DNA of 64,000 bases from Alphaproteobacteria bacterium (GTDB lineage Bacteria > Pseudomonadota > Alphaproteobacteria > CAAHEQ01 > UBA3637), in the NCBI GenBank assembly GCA_045613285.1, contig JAZLAQ010000030.1, positions 28,290-92,289 of the forward strand, read 5' to 3'. Positions 61,948-64,000 of the stretch are shown piece after piece. Within the stretch, counting starts at the first letter, position 1; each line of letters starts with the position of its first letter. A model generated the notes under the pieces. It was not told the origin of the DNA and searched no databases. It saw nothing but the letters and a program-made list of their open reading frames with translations. The position numbers were made by a program, and so were the translations under genes.

Positions 61948-62828
61948 TCTGACACCCCTAATAAAGAATGTACATAGTCTTCTGCAGAAAAAGATCTTAA
62001 ATCATCAACATTTTCACCGATTCCTAAAGCATAAACAGGTAACTTAAATTGCTGGGCCAATGCAATTAAAATTCCACCTTTAGCCGTACCATCTAATTTT
62101 GTCATAATCAACCCCGATATACCGACAATTTCTTGAAAAGTTTTAACCTGCATTAAAGCGTTTTGCCCAACAGTTGCATCCAAAACCAAAATTGTTTCGT
62201 GTGGTGCATCAGGCATTTGTTTTTTTATAACTTTGTTTATTTTTTTCAATTCATCCATTAAATCAGAACGGTTTTGTAAGCGTCCGGCCGTATCAATAAA
62301 AATTATATCATCTCCGGCTTGCTGACTTTGTTTTAACGCATCAAAAATAAGACCGGCAGAATCAGTCCCTGACTGACCGGCATATAATTTACAGCCTAAT
62401 TTATTTGCCCAACGTTCAAGTTGTTCTTTCGCACCAGCACGAAATGTATCACCTGCGACAAATGAAATTTGATACCCTTGTTCCTGATAAAACTGTCCCA
62501 ATTTCCCAATTGTTGTTGTTTTACCTGCACCATTTACTCCTATCATCAATACAACGAACGGTTTTTGATTTGTGTCAATTTTTAACTTTTGTGCCACCGG
62601 TGCTACCTTATCAACCAAAATATCAGCCAATTTCTGACATAATTCTTCCCCGCTTTTTAGTTTACATCGACGTAGCGTGTCCATAATTTCAGAGGTTGTA
62701 GTATATCCCACATCCGAGCATAAAAGTGCTTCTTCCATTTGTTCCAAGCCGACTTCATCAACACGACTAAATGAAAATAAAGAAGCTGTCTTAGATAACC
62801 CTTTTTTCAGTTTAGATAACCAACTCAT
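61944..62828 (-). CDS. ftsY: Signal recognition particle receptor FtsY, short NG-domain-only form (294 aa)
   Basis: GTPase motifs GVNGAGKTTT, DTAGR and TKLD, and an N-domain helical bundle. Confidence 0.9.
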   Translation of the reverse strand: MSWLSKLKKGLSKTASLFSFSRVDEVGLEQMEEALLCSDVGYTTTSEIMDTLRRCKLKSGEELCQKLADILVDKVAPVAQKLKIDTNQKPFVVLMIGVNGAGKTTTIGKLGQFYQEQGYQISFVAGDTFRAGAKEQLERWANKLGCKLYAGQSGTDSAGLIFDALKQSQQAGDDIIFIDTAGRLQNRSDLMDELKKINKVIKKQMPDAPHETILVLDATVGQNALMQVKTFQEIVGISGLIMTKLDGTAKGGILIALAQQFKLPVYALGIGENVDDLRSFSAEDYVHSLLGVSE

Positions 62829-64000
62829 CTTTTACCTTTCCTTTTATAATTGCCTGAATAAACGTATTTGAGGGTACTTTTTTATCAACACGAACCGGCA
62901 GATAATTCTCTGTAAAACCCATACCATTTTGTTCTACTAAAATAGATACTCTTTCTCCGATCATTTTGTCAAGCCATTTATTTTTTATTTTTTGTCCTAA
63001 CAATCTTGCTCTGGCTGCTCGTTCTGTTCTGTCAGACTTAAGAACCATCGGCATTTTTGCTGCCGGTGTACCTTCTCGTGCAGAATACGGAAAAACATGC
63101 GTATGTGTAATATTAGCGCTTTCAATCAAATCCAAAGTTCTTTGAAATTGTTCCTCTGTTTCGGTTGGAAAACCAGCTATTAAATCCGCACCCAATGTTG
63201 ATAACGGATTTACCTGACGTAATTTTTCAGAGAAAGAAACAACATCTTCAAAAGTATGACGACGTGCCATCCGTTTTAAAATCAAATTATCACCAGCCTG
63301 AACCGATAAATGAACAGACGGCATCAACACCGGATATTTTGCAAGTAATTCTAGAAATGAATCACCAATACCGGCTGGATCCAACGACCCAAAACGCAAC
63401 CGTTTCAAACCATCCACTTCCGTCAATAAACGTTCTGTCAGTTCCCATAATCCAAACGGATACGATGCTACATCAACCCCTGTTAAAACGATTTCTTGGA
63501 ATCCGTTCATAATAAAGGTACGCGCCTGCTCTATCACTTTATCTGGAGGCAAACCAATATTTTTTCCCCTTAATGTACGGACAATACAAAAAGTACAGGC
63601 ATTATCACATCCCTGTTGTATCTGTAAAAACGCCCTATCCCGTTGTTCAAAATCCGTAATTAAAGGAATATCAAAAAAAGGTTCCGATAAATCACCTACA
63701 GATACCCTATCCTTACCCAACAAGATCTCCTTCGTAATTTTTTCCTTATTACCCAAAACGCGATAAACTTCCGGCATACTGGCAAAAACTTCAGGATGCA
63801 TTTGCGCAGCACAACCGGCTACTATAATTTTTTTATCCGGATTTTCACGTGCTGTTTGACGAACTGCCTGTCTGCATTGGCGTTCAGCTTCACCCGTTAC
63901 AGCACAGGTATGTATTAAAATAATATCATTCAAATCATCACCAGCCAACTGCTTCATGACAGCGGTTTCAAAAGTATTTAGACGACAGCCAAAAGTAATA
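62812..64000 (-). CDS. mtaB: MiaB-family radical-SAM methylthiotransferase, MtaB-like. The N-terminus lies beyond the window end, and the ORF track under-calls the start at 63957.
   Basis: My translation of 63958-63999 gives ITFGCRLNTFETAV in frame with MKQLAGDD... This is the conserved MTTase N-domain start (T.GC..N..ES). Radical-SAM motif GCDNACTFCIV and a C-terminal TRAM-like domain. Confidence 0.8.
   Translation of the reverse strand, partial: ITFGCRLNTFETAVMKQLAGDDLNDIILIHTCAVTGEAERQCRQAVRQTARENPDKKIIVAGCAAQMHPEVFASMPEVYRVLGNKEKITKEILLGKDRVSVGDLSEPFFDIPLITDFEQRDRAFLQIQQGCDNACTFCIVRTLRGKNIGLPPDKVIEQARTFIMNGFQEIVLTGVDVASYPFGLWELTERLLTEVDGLKRLRFGSLDPAGIGDSFLELLAKYPVLMPSVHLSVQAGDNLILKRMARRHTFEDVVSFSEKLRQVNPLSTLGADLIAGFPTETEEQFQRTLDLIESANITHTHVFPYSAREGTPAAKMPMVLKSDRTERAARARLLGQKIKNKWLDKMIGERVSILVEQNGMGFTENYLPVRVDKKVPSNTFIQAIIKGKVKDELVI

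Overview
This is an AT-rich, gene-dense chromosomal window of about 60 protein-coding genes, with no rRNA, tRNA, CRISPR array or obvious mobile element. The compact spacing and frequent 1-20 nt gene overlaps are consistent with a reduced Gram-negative genome. The fabG-acpP-fabF-mltG and ybeZ-ybeY-ybeX gene orders hint at an alphaproteobacterium-like organism, but that is inference only. Both window edges cut genes that the ORF track misses. A RodA gene runs off the left edge, completing a rodA-mrdA-mreD-mreC-mreB shape cluster. A MiaB/MtaB-family methylthiotransferase gene runs off the right edge. Core housekeeping genes make up most of the window. These include pgk, mltG, fabF-acpP-fabG, a CorA-family channel, prmA, pepP, smpB, aspS, accC-accB, tyrS, an IHF/HU-like gene, accD, trkH, tatD, tcdA, a UvrD-family helicase, phoH-ybeY-corC, a split chrA pair, recG, rnr and ftsY. 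The most distinctive system is a complete nine-gene N-type ATPase operon at 24987-31833 with the order beta-epsilon-AtpQ-AtpR-a-c-b-alpha-gamma and no delta gene. Its c subunit carries the full Na+-ligand signature in helix 2 plus a second carboxylate in helix 1. Several accessory-looking modules are worth follow-up. One is a tidy promoter-to-terminator cassette of three exported proteins, two of them histidine-rich (18102-19820). A second is a cysteine-rich secreted protein next to a signal-less GxSxG lipase-like candidate effector and a giant AsmA-family protein (33095-38854). A third is a 920-aa fusion of a polytopic transporter domain with a HEAT/ARM-like repeat domain, coupled to a stand-alone cNMP-binding protein (58753-61947). 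The window also has an ADP-forming acyl-CoA synthetase behind a textbook sigma70 promoter. A small HNH nuclease gene sits coupled to recG. I found no defense island or toxin-antitoxin module that I can substantiate. Every function here is inferred from translated-sequence motifs and gene order alone.
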